A stretch of 64,000 bases of DNA. Source: a virus. Numbering within the stretch: the first letter of the stretch is position 1; each line of letters begins with the position of its first letter. Shown here in pieces: positions 17,668 to 26,898 of the stretch. The DNA lies in the IMG/VR virus record IMGVR_UViG_3300044796_000222, positions 1-64,000 of that record, one strand, 5' to 3'. Under the pieces are notes generated by a model. That model was not told the origin of the DNA. It ran no database searches and saw nothing but the letters and a program-made list of their open reading frames with translations. A program made the position numbers and the translations under genes.

Positions 17668-18327
17668 ATGGGTCATGCAATCGATCGTGTCGGAAAGCGG
17701 TTCGGGCGCCTGGTGGTCGTGGAGAGGGGGCCGCAACTCCCATGGCGAACAACCACGCTCGTCCGATGGTGGTGCGTTTGCGACTGCGGTCAACGAACGC
17801 TTGTGAGATCCAGCAACCTGTTGAGCGGGCAGACCCGTTCGTGCGGATGTCTTACGAGGGAGATGTCTAGCCGCCGCAGCCGCAAACACGGCCTATCTGG
17901 CGCGCGCGATAGCAGTCGGATGTACTCCACATGGAGTGGCATGCGGCAGCGGTGCCGAGACAAGAACCACATCAACTATAACATATATGGCGGTCGCGGA
18001 ATACGAGTATGTGAAGCCTGGTCAGATTTCGAGGCGTTCGTAAAAGACGTAGGCCCAAAACCCAGCGCGCGGCATTCGCTCGATCGAATAAATACGGATG
18101 GCGACTACGAGCCTGGGAACGTCAGGTGGGCGACCGCCAAAGAGCAGTCAAGAAACATCAGGCGCCCGGTGCTGATTGAATGCAACGGCGTGTCGCTAAC
18201 GGCGCCTGAATGGGAGGAGCGCTGCGGTGTACGCTCAGTGTTGATTCGCGCCAGAATAAGGTTGGGGTGGACGGCGCAGGATGCGATGACGCGACCTCTA
18301 AGGATTACGAAGAGGAGCCGCCTTTAG
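17668..18327 (+). CDS. HNH-type homing endonuclease, antisense to the late operon
   Basis: WWCVCDCG...SCGC; WxxMRQRC; YGGRGIRVC; SLDRINxDGDYEPGNVRWAT. Confidence 0.85.
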   Translation: MGHAIDRVGKRFGRLVVVERGPQLPWRTTTLVRWWCVCDCGQRTLVRSSNLLSGQTRSCGCLTREMSSRRSRKHGLSGARDSSRMYSTWSGMRQRCRDKNHINYNIYGGRGIRVCEAWSDFEAFVKDVGPKPSARHSLDRINTDGDYEPGNVRWATAKEQSRNIRRPVLIECNGVSLTAPEWEERCGVRSVLIRARIRLGWTAQDAMTRPLRITKRSRL

Positions 18328-18360
18328 TCGTGGCCATCGCAATACGGAAGTCGGTGTTGA

Positions 18361-18591
18361 TCATGCCTTCCTCTTCACAAACTGGTGGGTCCGAATCGCC
18401 TCACTCACGGCAATCTGCACCAATTCCGCCTCACACGCCAGGCTCGCGCCGTCAAGCATCGGGTCGTCCAGAAGGATCGCGACCCTCTCGCGGCGCCAGT
18501 CCGCCACAACCGCGGGCCACTGACGAGCGGTCATCAGCGCGAAGTCTCGGTCCGCTTCTGCGCATGGCATAGAAAAGCCGCGCGTTCTCAC
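18361..18591 (-). CDS. Hypothetical protein
   Basis: Coupled ORF in the late operon. Confidence 0.45.
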   Translation of the reverse strand: MRTRGFSMPCAEADRDFALMTARQWPAVVADWRRERVAILLDDPMLDGASLACEAELVQIAVSEAIRTHQFVKRKA

Positions 18592-18716
18592 GGACTGCCT
18601 CGCACGGTCAGGCCGACCGCGAGGCCAATCCAGAAGACAGCCATGAGCACGATGATCGTGACCATGGCCAGTGGCGTTCCGACGTCATCGGGCGGAGGAT
18701 CGCTGGGGTAACTCAC
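18588..18716 (-). CDS. 42-aa single-TM protein
   Basis: Hand translation MSYPSDPPPDDVGTPLAMVTIIVLMAVFWIGLAVGLTVRGSP. Confidence 0.5.
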   Translation of the reverse strand: MSYPSDPPPDDVGTPLAMVTIIVLMAVFWIGLAVGLTVRGSP

Positions 18717-18874
18717 GTGAGCGTCGCAATGAGGTTTTGAGTGGAGACAGCCGTATCGGCGTTTGCTGGCTGCGTTCCGTCGTAGATTTCGATGAAGCCG
18801 GAGTTCAGCAACGGCGCCAACTGGTTCATCATCACGTTGCGGCTGTTGATTGCGAGTGACGGGTTTAGCGCCAT
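18713..18874 (-). pseudogene. Truncated virion structural protein (IYxGxQPAxAD family), 53 aa
   Basis: GAAGGAG RBS; MALNPSLAINSRNVMMNQLAPLLNSGFIEIYDGTQPANADTAVSTQNLIATLT-stop. Recalled relatives are about twice as long. Confidence 0.5.
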
Positions 18875-18898
18875 GTCAGCTCCTTCGGTGGGTTCGCG

Positions 18899-19234
18899 TC
18901 ATGGACAGTTCACGCCCGCCGTGCGGGCCTGCGCCTTCGTCGTCGCATTCGTCATGGCCGCAACGTCGACGGGAAGGATCTTGGCGAGGTTGCGCCGGTC
19001 GATTACGAGCGGACATTGCGGGTCTTGCCCCTCCGCGCAGCCGAGGAGCGCGAGCGTGGAACACGCCGCTGACGCGCTGGGCGACGCAGGCCCAGCGAAC
19101 GATGGCACGCCCGGCGCTGGCGTCGACGAGCATCGAGCGACGCAGCCTGCAAGCAGACCGATCGCGATGACGATGATCGAGCGCGTGAGCGGCGCGCATC
19201 GACAGCCCCACGATGAGCAGTCGGCGGCGGTCAC
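18899..19234 (-). CDS. Lipoprotein, possible o-spanin
   Basis: IIVIAIGLLAG-C lipobox; Pro/Cys-rich mature part; GTGA overlap. Confidence 0.55.
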   Translation of the reverse strand: MTAADCSSWGCRCAPLTRSIIVIAIGLLAGCVARCSSTPAPGVPSFAGPASPSASAACSTLALLGCAEGQDPQCPLVIDRRNLAKILPVDVAAMTNATTKAQARTAGVNCP

Positions 19235-20004
19235 GCTGCACCTTGGAGTGCTGCGAGCGCGGCCTTCATCGCCGCGCGATCGAAGCCATTGGGTGCCGTG
19301 TCGGCGGCGAAGAACATCGCGGAGAGGCATGCATACGCCTCGTCGCAGTAGCGCTCGACGAACGCCCACGTGACCGGGATGAGTTCGCCCCACGAAACGA
19401 CGTAGAGATAGTTCGCGTTGTACGCCACGGCGCAGACGCAGTGACCACCCCACGATCCGGGCGTGTCGTTGCCGCCCGCACCACCTTCGCCCCACGTTGT
19501 CTGCGACTGCACGGAGAGCGGGAGATCGAACCCGAGAATCAGGCCGCCAGTCTCGGCGACGGCGAGCTTCATCACGTCGCGCTCGCTCGGATGAATCGAC
19601 GCCCATCCCTCGATCTTAGTCACGCCGATGCCGATGTCTCGCCAGTATGCGAGGACGTCGGTGATCGCACTCCCCTGGTCTGTCTCCGGCTTGCTCGGGT
19701 CGTAGCCGGTGATCGCGGAATAGGCGGTGATGCAGTCGGCGGTCGTGACGACGCACTCGCCGCCTGCGTTCGCGGACCAGCACTCTGCGAGGTGAGCCGG
19801 TCCGACTTCAGCGCAGTCGCCGGCAGCGTTGTTGCCGAACATCGGCCACACCGCGACGGCCTTGCCGTAGTCGCATGCCTCGGGCGGTCCGGGGAGCGAC
19901 ACGAACGACGCTGCGCGGAGCGTGTCGAGGTGGATTTTCTTCGCGAGTTTGCCGAGTTTGCGCACGAGCGGCGGCGCGATCGCGGGCGACGGATCTGTGT
20001 CCAT
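19231..20004 (-). CDS. Papain-like (C1-type) cysteine peptidase
   Basis: GDC catalytic Cys; GGHCV His; VVSWG. Confidence 0.7.
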   Translation of the reverse strand: MDTDPSPAIAPPLVRKLGKLAKKIHLDTLRAASFVSLPGPPEACDYGKAVAVWPMFGNNAAGDCAEVGPAHLAECWSANAGGECVVTTADCITAYSAITGYDPSKPETDQGSAITDVLAYWRDIGIGVTKIEGWASIHPSERDVMKLAVAETGGLILGFDLPLSVQSQTTWGEGGAGGNDTPGSWGGHCVCAVAYNANYLYVVSWGELIPVTWAFVERYCDEAYACLSAMFFAADTAPNGFDRAAMKAALAALQGAA

Positions 20005-20549
20005 CACTTCGCGCTCGCCGACGCCGCCGGCGCCGCGTGAGAGGCCGCAGCAGCCTTGGCCTTCGCTTTGTCTCCAGCCATCGATTGCACCGTTGCGCCG
20101 TCGATCGCGGTACCGCCGCACTTCAGTGCGAGCTGCTCTGCGTCAGCCGCATTCAGCGTGACGAGATCGCCGATCGCTTCGGGCAGGTTGGCGTAAACGC
20201 ACGCCGCGAACTTCTCGGCGTCGGCGGTGAGGACTGGCTTGATCGACGACCAGAGCGAGCAGCCGGGGAGCGCGACGAGGGCGAGCATGGTCAGGCCCGC
20301 GAGCGGACCGATGAGCCGCGCCGGCCACTTGCCCTTGAAGAGCACGAGCAAGCCGTTGAGGATCTGCGGCACATTGATTCCGAGCCCGTCGACGATCGAC
20401 ACGAACGCCGCGAGTCGTGGCGACGTCGCGCGCAGCTTCGCGAGCCCGTCGGGCGTGTCCATCGCAGTCCACCATTTGGCGGCGAACGCGAGGCAGCCGA
20501 CGACGCAGAGTCCGATGAGTTGGTAGAGCCAGGTGGGAATCGTGGGCAT
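20004..20549 (-). CDS. Multi-TM membrane protein (holin/spanin-like)
   Basis: AGGAG RBS; several hydrophobic segments; internal LPG-C lipobox-like site. Confidence 0.55.
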   Translation of the reverse strand: MPTIPTWLYQLIGLCVVGCLAFAAKWWTAMDTPDGLAKLRATSPRLAAFVSIVDGLGINVPQILNGLLVLFKGKWPARLIGPLAGLTMLALVALPGCSLWSSIKPVLTADAEKFAACVYANLPEAIGDLVTLNAADAEQLALKCGGTAIDGATVQSMAGDKAKAKAAAASHAAPAASASAK

Positions 20550-20557
20550 GGGATCTC

Positions 20558-20824
20558 CTAGTAGAGCGTAAATGTCGGCCCCTGCGCGGAGCCACCGACA
20601 ACCGGCGGCGAGTAGTCAAGCGGGGTATATAAGACCACCCGTGACATGCCTGATGGGGACTGTTGCGTGATCGTCGTCGGGGGCAATGCAGCCATGATCA
20701 AAGGATGCGGAAGTACACGCGACGGCGCATCTTCCGCATCTTTGGTCGGAGTGCCCTTACATGCACAAAAGACCAAAGTGAGAGCGAGAATGGATCGAGT
20801 CAGTCGATGTGAGATCGCAGTCAT
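20558..20824 (-). CDS. Small putative lipoprotein
   Basis: ILALTLVFCA-C signal. Confidence 0.5.
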   Translation of the reverse strand: MTAISHRLTRSILALTLVFCACKGTPTKDAEDAPSRVLPHPLIMAALPPTTITQQSPSGMSRVVLYTPLDYSPPVVGGSAQGPTFTLY

Positions 20825-20831
20825 TTGACCC

Positions 20832-21926
20832 TTATTGTAACGTTAGATTGCGCAGGTACGGCACTGGCGGTGAACCGGAAAAGGCACTGTACATGAGTTG
20901 CACGATTTGCCCTGTTTGGCCGAACGGCACGTTAGGTGACAGGATCGTCGCAATTGGGGTGTAGTAGCCAGACCCAGGCCCTCCGTAGTCGAACAGAACT
21001 GTCGCCGTAGACCAGTGTGTGAGGTCGCTCGATGTCGCGTACCACCACGCCGTTGCGCCGCCGAATACCATAACCCATTTGCTCAGGCCGGCACTGTAGA
21101 CGACTGTTGGACAGCAAACGCCTTGCGCGGGCAGTGTGACAAGCGAGTCTTCCGCTCCGCCGACTCCCGGCGTGGACCATGTTCCGCCGCTGAGTTTGAG
21201 CCAACTGCCTGCAACCATGCCGCTCGTGATTGGCGATCGTGCGGCAAAGATGACGTGATTCGATGTCGCGCCATCGAGGAAGTCCATCGCGAAGACGTAG
21301 TTATACCCGCCTGTTTGCACGAGGCTCGGTAGCGCCGCACCGCAGATCGTGATCGTCGGTGGACTGACGGGTACGGCGGCGGAACTAGTGATCACCGCGC
21401 CCTGTCGAATCACTGTCCCTGCGTACCCGACGCCGCTCTGCGAATAGAGTACAATGCTTGTCACTGCGTCCACGCTCGGTGCCCATTGAGAATGGTTCTC
21501 ACCGTGCCCGATCCACAACAGCGAGCCTGGGTGCGCCGGGTCGGGGACACTCCCCGAGAATGCCGCATAAGCGGAATCCGGCGCCGTCGTGCCGCCTGCT
21601 GGACCAATGATGGCGATCGCGCTTCCACCGCTCTGCGAAATCGGCACGTAGCTCGTGCGATCCGCGTTGACGGTAAATCCGTACGTCGAACCGTCACCGG
21701 CGCCGCCAAAGGCGTACGTGGTGCCACCAGACGTATACTCGGAGTACTCGCCGTCGAAGAAGTTGGACAGGCCGAACGTCGACGGGAACATCGCAACGGG
21801 TGAGCCGGCGTCGACGAAGCCAGTGTGCTGGTGCGATGTCGCGACGAGAGCACGCGATACAGCATGCGCGCTCGCGCTGGTGAGTAGAGCGGCGCACGCC
21901 ATCAGCAAGACGGAAAAGCGTTTCAT
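20832..21926 (-). CDS. Secreted beta-propeller protein (glycoside-hydrolase-like fold)
   Basis: Sec signal MKRFSVLLMACAALLTSASAHA; WYATSSDLTHWS Asp-box-like motif; GHGENH. Confidence 0.65.
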   Translation of the reverse strand: MKRFSVLLMACAALLTSASAHAVSRALVATSHQHTGFVDAGSPVAMFPSTFGLSNFFDGEYSEYTSGGTTYAFGGAGDGSTYGFTVNADRTSYVPISQSGGSAIAIIGPAGGTTAPDSAYAAFSGSVPDPAHPGSLLWIGHGENHSQWAPSVDAVTSIVLYSQSGVGYAGTVIRQGAVITSSAAVPVSPPTITICGAALPSLVQTGGYNYVFAMDFLDGATSNHVIFAARSPITSGMVAGSWLKLSGGTWSTPGVGGAEDSLVTLPAQGVCCPTVVYSAGLSKWVMVFGGATAWWYATSSDLTHWSTATVLFDYGGPGSGYYTPIATILSPNVPFGQTGQIVQLMYSAFSGSPPVPYLRNLTLQ

Positions 21927-23641
21927 GTTCCCGCCCATGTCGCAGCAGACTGCACGAACGTATGAATCTGTGTTGCGTCCGTGCTGTTCAACGGGCCGAA
22001 GATAAACAGACCAGTATTGCCGTTCAGTCCATGCGAGCCGAGGCCCGCCTCATTGAATAGAGTAACCCCGCTGTTACCGTTTGTTCCTGGGTTGATGAAG
22101 CCACCACCCACCCCGTCTGCGTACACGACAGAGCTGCCCCCGCTGAATCCAAATAGCATCAGGTGTGGCGCTGCGATTATATCGACCGCAGTTGCGTCGA
22201 ACACCACAGAGCCAGCATACTCACCGAAAAACTTATCGGTAGAACCTGTCCACGCACCGGCCGTTTGCGTGCCCGCAGACCCGCCGAACAGCCAGTTGGC
22301 ACCCGCGGCGACGCCGCTCGTAAGTTGCCCGTACCAAGCGACAGACAACGGCTGCGACATCGTGGGCGTGGCCGCTTGCAAAGCGCTCCCTGTCGTCGCA
22401 ATCGCAGGTTTGCCGTTAACCCACGAGGAATTGATCGTTGGCGCCGTGAACGGGGACGTGACGGTGGCAACGAGCCCCGAGAAACAATCTGTCCATGCCC
22501 CTGTGCCGGCATTGAAACCAGAAGGCTCGTAGAAGACGTATTTCGCGTTGGTGCCGTTGAGGTAATAGGCTCCGTTTGCCAGCGGCACTGACGTGCCGCT
22601 CGTGGTGGTAACGGTTATCGAATAGAATGATCCCGCCGTGTTTGCAGGAGGTACAAACGTCACACTCGTGCCGGTCGAGCCGGTAGGTACCGCAGTGGCA
22701 GACCCCACAGTGACGAGCGATGCGCCAGTCATGCCCGTGCCGTTTAGCGTCCATGCCACGCCACCACCTGCCGCGGGCGCAAGAATCGGCAGTGCGGGCG
22801 CGGTGATCGTCGGCGCCGCAGTCGCATACGTGTATGCGCCCGCGAGAATGAGGGGGAGCCCCGTACCTGTGCCCGTGAAAACGACATCGCATGTGCCCGC
22901 AGCATGGGCCGGCGTCGTGAGCGACACACCCCAATAGGTCGCGCTCACGCCTGTAGCCACTGTGCCGCAGACAGTCGCGCCAGTCGCGCCCGCGATTTGC
23001 TCAGCGAGCACCGTCGATACAGACGTCCCACCCGAGAGCGGTCCACTCGTCGGCGTGATGGCGCTTACGAAAGCGCCGCTGTTCGGCGTGCCGACCGTCG
23101 ACGCGACGGGGAGCACACGCGTTTCGATTGCAACGCCAGCAGGACGGGTGATCGTCGCAGTGAGCACGTGCCCAGTCACGACGTAGGTAGCTGTTGTCGC
23201 GGCCAGCGCACTCGCGAGAGAGCTGCTCGTCGTCGCGTTCTGCGCGAGCGTGATCGACGTGCCGTTGTCCTGCCCACTCGCCGAGATCACGATGTACCCG
23301 GTCACACCAAGGCCACCGAGTTCACGCACTTCGATTTGGTCGGAGCGCGTGATCGTCTGCGCGCTGGTGAGCGTGACCGAGATCGCAGAGAGTGTCGTCG
23401 CCGCGTCGGTCGAGATGTCCTGCGTGGTCGACGGCGGCGACATCGTGAGCGTCGCAGCGGTGTCCGGCGACGTCTGCGTCAGCGCGTTGTTGCCGAGCGC
23501 GCCGGTGAAGGTCGAGCCGCCTCCGCCGCCGCCGCCAGAAAACGAGCCGCCAACGCGGTGTTGCTCCGACGGCGGCGCGCGATGGCATGCGGCGCCAAGC
23601 GTCAGCAGCATCGATAGGATGGCGCGAATTTTGTTCGTCAT
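21923..23641 (-). CDS. Lipoprotein-signal protein with IPT/TIG domains and a lectin-like C-terminus
   Basis: MTNKIRAILSMLLTLGAA-C lipobox; ITPTSGPLSGGT...TTPAHAAG and a second IPT-like repeat. Confidence 0.7.
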   Translation of the reverse strand: MTNKIRAILSMLLTLGAACHRAPPSEQHRVGGSFSGGGGGGGSTFTGALGNNALTQTSPDTAATLTMSPPSTTQDISTDAATTLSAISVTLTSAQTITRSDQIEVRELGGLGVTGYIVISASGQDNGTSITLAQNATTSSSLASALAATTATYVVTGHVLTATITRPAGVAIETRVLPVASTVGTPNSGAFVSAITPTSGPLSGGTSVSTVLAEQIAGATGATVCGTVATGVSATYWGVSLTTPAHAAGTCDVVFTGTGTGLPLILAGAYTYATAAPTITAPALPILAPAAGGGVAWTLNGTGMTGASLVTVGSATAVPTGSTGTSVTFVPPANTAGSFYSITVTTTSGTSVPLANGAYYLNGTNAKYVFYEPSGFNAGTGAWTDCFSGLVATVTSPFTAPTINSSWVNGKPAIATTGSALQAATPTMSQPLSVAWYGQLTSGVAAGANWLFGGSAGTQTAGAWTGSTDKFFGEYAGSVVFDATAVDIIAAPHLMLFGFSGGSSVVYADGVGGGFINPGTNGNSGVTLFNEAGLGSHGLNGNTGLFIFGPLNSTDATQIHTFVQSAATWAGT

Positions 23642-23681
23642 GGTGTGTTTACCGAGCGGTGCATCGTTGGAGCCTATTTGG

Positions 23682-26516
23682 TTACGGGCTGAATCCGTCG
23701 AAGACGCCAGACGCTGTTGCGGCGTATGGGAAAATCGCGAATCCGATACTGGCGATGGTCGCGCCGCCAGTGAGCGTGAACGTCGATTGCGCAGTCGCAG
23801 GCGTTGTCCAGTTGATCTGGTCATAGCTCCACGACCACGTGTAAACGCCGCCGCCAGTGTTGACGAATTGGAAGTAAACGAACGGATATGCGGCGTTCCA
23901 TCCCGCGCCGGCACTGATGGCAGATCGAGCAGTTCGGCTGGTCCACAACCCATCGTCGTAAATGCCGCCGAAGCCACCAATGGTGTGGATCGCGCCGTTG
24001 GAGTCGATGACACACGCATACGCGCCAGCCCCCGATGGGCTCATGCTCGACGTCTGAACGGCCAGTACATACGTCTTTGACGAATCGTACGCTGTCGAAG
24101 TCGGTACCGCCGTCGAAAGGACCAGCGTGCTGCCTTGGCTGATGCGCGAAAAGGTCAGTCCACCAGCGTTCGTCAGTGTAGAAGATCCGCTGCCTGCTCC
24201 GTCGACAACAGTCCACGACGCTGCTGGATCTGGCACCTCAATCGGCGCCGAGTATGGAGTGAGCATGTACCAGTCGGTGCCGTCACTCGCGTACTCACGC
24301 ACACAATCGGTGGGGTAGAAGAAGCCTCCGCCGCTCGCCGCAGGGCGCGATGCGAAAGGAGCTGGCGTTGCGAACCCTCCGCCACCTCCACCTGTGATCG
24401 TCGCGTTTGCGCCAGTAACGACGACGCGAGCACCGACGACGTTTGCGGTCGTTACTGTTGACGTCAGTCGAACGCTGTAAACGCGAGACCCGGCGCCGGG
24501 CGTGAACGTGGCGGAGAACGGCGCGACCGCCGTCGACGAACTGGTACCGAGCGTCGCGACAATCGCCGCCGCTGTCAGATCGTAGAGCGTGAGCAGCGCC
24601 GTACCAGCTGCACCTGCCGCGTAGTCGGCTGCAAATGTGAACGTTGGCGTGCCACCGTAGTTGCTCGGATTGAGAGTGATGCGACTGATCTCGGTGCCAG
24701 TGAGTGCGCCCGTGAGCGCCTGGATTGAGCAGTCGAGTTCAAGTGGAGGAAGCGTGCCAGTGGCGCTCGCCCCCGTGGCGCCCGTTGCTCCAGTAGAGCC
24801 AGTAGCTCCAGTAGGGCCAGTAGATCCCGTGGCACCGGCAGCACCAGTCGCCCCAGTGGCGCCCGCAGTGCCGGTTGCGCCTGTGGCGCCAGTCGCTCCG
24901 GCAGGACCGGTGGGGCCAGCGGGTCCGGTCGGGCCTGTTGGGCCTGTTGGGCCGACGCCGCCGAACGCCTTCGCGTACTGCAACACGACACCTTGACCAA
25001 CGTTCGCAACGTAGATCGAGTCGCTGTCGATCGACAACTTGTCGAACGTGCCTGGCGACGTGACCGAATCGATCGTCGTGATCGGGCCGCCACCAATGGG
25101 CATCTTGCGGATGTCGGACGCGGCAGCTCCGGTGCGCGTCGAGACCCAATAGATGTACGTCGAGTCGATCTGAATGTCGTTGATCGTGTCCGTCGACGAG
25201 TAGACCGACGCCGACGATGCCGTGCCGATCGTGGCCTGGTAAATGTGGCACGGCGAGTTGTTTGCCGCGGCAACAGCAATCGTGCCATTCGTCGCGACCG
25301 CGCCCATGTTCGCAACGCTCGCGAGGTAGATCGTGCGCGAGCCGCCTGCGGTCGTGGCGCTTGCCCACGACTCGGCGATCGCGGCGCTAGCTGCACCGAC
25401 AGCCGTCCATGTGACGACCCCGCCAGCGACCGCGATGCCGACGCCATTGCACGCGCCCGTCACTGCGTTGAGCGCGATCGTTGTCCATGATCCGCCACCG
25501 ACGGGGATCTTTGCGACGACGATCCCGGTCGAGGTTGTGACCGTCGTAAAAGTCGCATAGACATTGGTATTGTCGGTCGCGATCTGCGCGAGGCCAGTGA
25601 TGCCTGACGACGGAGCAGAGCCCAGCGATGACCACGATCCCGAACCGCTCTCTAGGTGCCTGTAGACAGTCTCCGTCGCGCTATTCAGATAGGCGTTGGT
25701 GCCGTCGACGAGGACGTCAATGCCGTAGCCGGATGGGATGCCGGATGTCGAAAACGAGGACGGCGAGCCGCCGCCTTTTGCGATAAACGCGAGCAGCGAC
25801 CCGGATTCGGCATACGCGACTTTGCCAGCGCCGTCAGGCGTCGGACGACCGATGACCGCGCCCGTCGCGAGCACGAGTCCGGGCGATGAACCGCCACCTC
25901 CGCCGCTTGGCCCCGTCGGTCCTGTCGGCCCAGTGGTGCCGGCTCCAGTGGCTCCAGTGGCCCCCGTGGCTCCAGTCGGCCCCGTTGGCCCTGTTGCGCC
26001 GGTCGTCCCCGCACCAGTCGCTCCGGTAGCGCCGGCTGGACCTGTCGCGCCTGTAGGGCCTGCCGGTCCCGTCGGTCCCGTTGCGCCTCCACCACCACCG
26101 CTTCCGATTGCGGCGATGGCTGTGTTGAGATCGCCAAGCCACCACTGAACGCCATCCCATTGGGACGTTTCGCCGGGGGCAAACAGACGGAGGCCGTTTG
26201 CTGAAAGTACGGTGATGGACCATACGCTTGCTTGCGTCGCATCGCCGTTCGGCGTCATCGTAATAGTGTATGTGCCGGCGACGTCCAACTGGCCAAGCGT
26301 TGTCACGTACGGGTATAGCGGCGACGTCAGCGCCAGTGCGCAAGTCGATCCAAACGGCGCGACGAGCGCGTACGCGATCGACGTGATGCCGTCCGTCGAC
26401 GACGGCGAGATCGTTACCGCCGTAGTGTTGAGCGCGAATGTGCTATTGCCCTCCGTGCCGAGCGGGCGCGCGATATTCGCCGTCGGGGAGACGCCAACGA
26501 GAAGGGCTGCGCTCAT
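23682..26516 (-). CDS. Tail fibre with two collagen-like GXT tracts and a beta-propeller
   Basis: (GPT/GAT)n twice; repeated IxxDxTxxYW blades; lectin-like tip. Confidence 0.85.
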   Translation of the reverse strand: MSAALLVGVSPTANIARPLGTEGNSTFALNTTAVTISPSSTDGITSIAYALVAPFGSTCALALTSPLYPYVTTLGQLDVAGTYTITMTPNGDATQASVWSITVLSANGLRLFAPGETSQWDGVQWWLGDLNTAIAAIGSGGGGGATGPTGPAGPTGATGPAGATGATGAGTTGATGPTGPTGATGATGATGAGTTGPTGPTGPSGGGGGSSPGLVLATGAVIGRPTPDGAGKVAYAESGSLLAFIAKGGGSPSSFSTSGIPSGYGIDVLVDGTNAYLNSATETVYRHLESGSGSWSSLGSAPSSGITGLAQIATDNTNVYATFTTVTTSTGIVVAKIPVGGGSWTTIALNAVTGACNGVGIAVAGGVVTWTAVGAASAAIAESWASATTAGGSRTIYLASVANMGAVATNGTIAVAAANNSPCHIYQATIGTASSASVYSSTDTINDIQIDSTYIYWVSTRTGAAASDIRKMPIGGGPITTIDSVTSPGTFDKLSIDSDSIYVANVGQGVVLQYAKAFGGVGPTGPTGPTGPAGPTGPAGATGATGATGTAGATGATGAAGATGSTGPTGATGSTGATGATGASATGTLPPLELDCSIQALTGALTGTEISRITLNPSNYGGTPTFTFAADYAAGAAGTALLTLYDLTAAAIVATLGTSSSTAVAPFSATFTPGAGSRVYSVRLTSTVTTANVVGARVVVTGANATITGGGGGGFATPAPFASRPAASGGGFFYPTDCVREYASDGTDWYMLTPYSAPIEVPDPAASWTVVDGAGSGSSTLTNAGGLTFSRISQGSTLVLSTAVPTSTAYDSSKTYVLAVQTSSMSPSGAGAYACVIDSNGAIHTIGGFGGIYDDGLWTSRTARSAISAGAGWNAAYPFVYFQFVNTGGGVYTWSWSYDQINWTTPATAQSTFTLTGGATIASIGFAIFPYAATASGVFDGFSP
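24763..24960 (-). repeat. Collagen GXT repeat tract 2 (approximate limits)
   Basis: 9-bp periodicity. Confidence 0.85.
25903..26088 (-). repeat. Collagen GXT repeat tract 1 (approximate limits)
   Basis: 9-bp periodicity. Confidence 0.85.
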
Positions 26517-26890
26517 TGCTGTACCAGCGAGATGAACTGAACGTAGTTGCCGGCGCTTCCGGCTGACTGATATGTAACGCCCGTCTGGAAGTAGACACGC
26601 ACGCCCTTCAGAAACATCGCAACAGGCACATCATTCGACGCCGCGCTCGCGAAAGAAGGGGTTCCCTTCACGATTGCGATCGGCGGAAAGTCTGGGATCG
26701 TGCCGTTTGCGGGCGCCGCGTCAGGCGTGCTGAGGTCGTAGATCAGCAAGTAGCCCGACGCAGGGCCTGTCGAGTCCAGCGTTGCGTAAATTTGGAACAG
26801 GATCGCCGTCTTGTCCGTTGTCGCGCCAGAAAGTTGCGCGTGGTCTTCCAGCGCCGCCGACTTGTACTGATAGAGTCCGGGGAGTGACAT
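26513..26890 (-). CDS. Putative virion protein
   Basis: In the tail module; beta-rich. Confidence 0.65.
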   Translation of the reverse strand: MSLPGLYQYKSAALEDHAQLSGATTDKTAILFQIYATLDSTGPASGYLLIYDLSTPDAAPANGTIPDFPPIAIVKGTPSFASAASNDVPVAMFLKGVRVYFQTGVTYQSAGSAGNYVQFISLVQQ

Positions 26891-26898
26891 GGCCTACC

